DNA from: Ramazzottius varieornatus
Taxonomy: Eukaryota; Animalia; Tardigrada
DNA: 64,000 nt
Reading direction: 5' to 3'
Assembly (NCBI GenBank): GCA_001949185.1
Contig: BDGG01000001.1
Location: 1,360,263-1,424,262 of the forward strand
Shown: piece by piece, positions 63,071 through 64,000 of the stretch
Layout of the letters: the number at the start of each line of letters is the position of its first letter
How positions within the stretch are numbered: the stretch's first letter is position 1
The notes under the pieces: model-generated
The model's input: only the letters and a program-made list of their open reading frames with translations
The model's database searches: none
What the model was told of the DNA's origin: nothing
Made by a program: the position numbers and the translations under genes

Positions 63071-64000
63071 TCAATGACCAAAAAGCGAAGGATGTATGAA
63101 TTCTTTAGAACCTGAGATCGACGATAACGAAGCAGCGTAGAAAGATTTCTGCCGGTTTCGACGGTAGGTTACAACCATGTAGATGATCATGGCCAAGAGA
63201 ACAATGAAAAAGCAAGCGGAAACGATGGCTAGGATGATGGCGATCAGCTGGTAGGAAGACTCACAGGGCGTCACATATGTTGGGTGATAGAGTACCGATG
63301 CGTCTGCAAGCAATAACGAACTTCGGTGGGCAACGCAATGGTTAGCATGCGTAGGCTTTGGCTTACTCTGAGAGGTACCGCGAGCTCGAAGAGACTTTCC
63401 GGTGATGAGCTTTTCCGGTTCTTCGTCAAGAATAACCAGGGTGTTCCCGATGCTTTGGCTCGGTACGGAAGCCGTAATCTGTGTGGCTTCTCGCTTACGT
63501 TTTCCGTAGGACTTCACACCCGAACAGTCAACCTACGAAAAGGGAAATTCGTGGCACAAATTCTTTTCAGTGGGTGAATAGCTGCCTGGCTCTTACCGGT
63601 ATGCACGAATCGACACAGTAATCAATCGTGCATTGATAAAAAACTTGGAACGACTTCCTAAATCGAAATGCCAGAAATTGGGTCTCCAAAGCGGAGCCGT
63701 TCTTTTGAAGTTGGGGAAAGACTTCCGGGTGGATGGGACAGCCTTTACCGTCGATCAAGTCGAGAGACTCGGACGGGTTTTCGCCTTGAGCCTTGCAGTT
63801 CCTTGCAAAGATACCGTAGGGACCTGTAAACGATATGACATTATATGATCGGTGGTTCTCGACGAATATTCAGATGACTACGGTGAATAATAAGCAATAC
63901 TATACAAACGATGAATATGAAAGTATCTCACTTGCGCGGCTGAGTTCGACGCGGAAGACCATATTGTCGCCGACACGTGCCACGTTGACATCATTGGCAT
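63071..64000 (-). CDS. ZP-domain (cuticlin/dusky-like) membrane protein, 3' exons only
   Basis: LIDGKGCPIHPEVFP..FLAFRF...VFYQCTIDYCVDSC (ZP-C), furin site GKRKR, TM LIAIILAIVSACFFIVLLAMIIYMVV and a short tail. Confidence 0.85.

Overview
Compact, intron-rich invertebrate (metazoan) genomic DNA, not prokaryotic. Short GT-AG introns and divergent ANF-receptor-type genes suggest a tardigrade-like ecdysozoan; that is inference only. The left half holds conserved genes: an ANF/receptor-guanylate-cyclase-type ectodomain gene running off the left edge, CFAP61, a damaged CUB-LDLa-trypsin protease, an orphan secreted protein with three 4-Cys repeats, laminin gamma, and a second ANF-type receptor with only a ~30-aa cytoplasmic tail. 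The right half (33-63 kb) is a transposon-rich accessory region with a Tc4/Tc5-like DD37D element, two decayed LINE RTs, many MITEs and a SINE. It ends in the 3' part of a ZP/cuticlin-like gene. Two things stand out. (1) A co-oriented cluster of four paralogous secreted prepro-proteins built from [A/S]xGGxGGx[A/S] units clamped by a conserved Cys pair. These are candidate polyproline-II-bundle proteins, either springtail-antifreeze-like or Gly-rich antimicrobial. (2) A ~6.4-kb island of spliced RING and Zn-finger orphan genes carrying at least 11 copies of the kappaB-like near-palindrome GGGA(G/A)TTCCC. Exon boundaries were read by eye and need RNA-seq confirmation.
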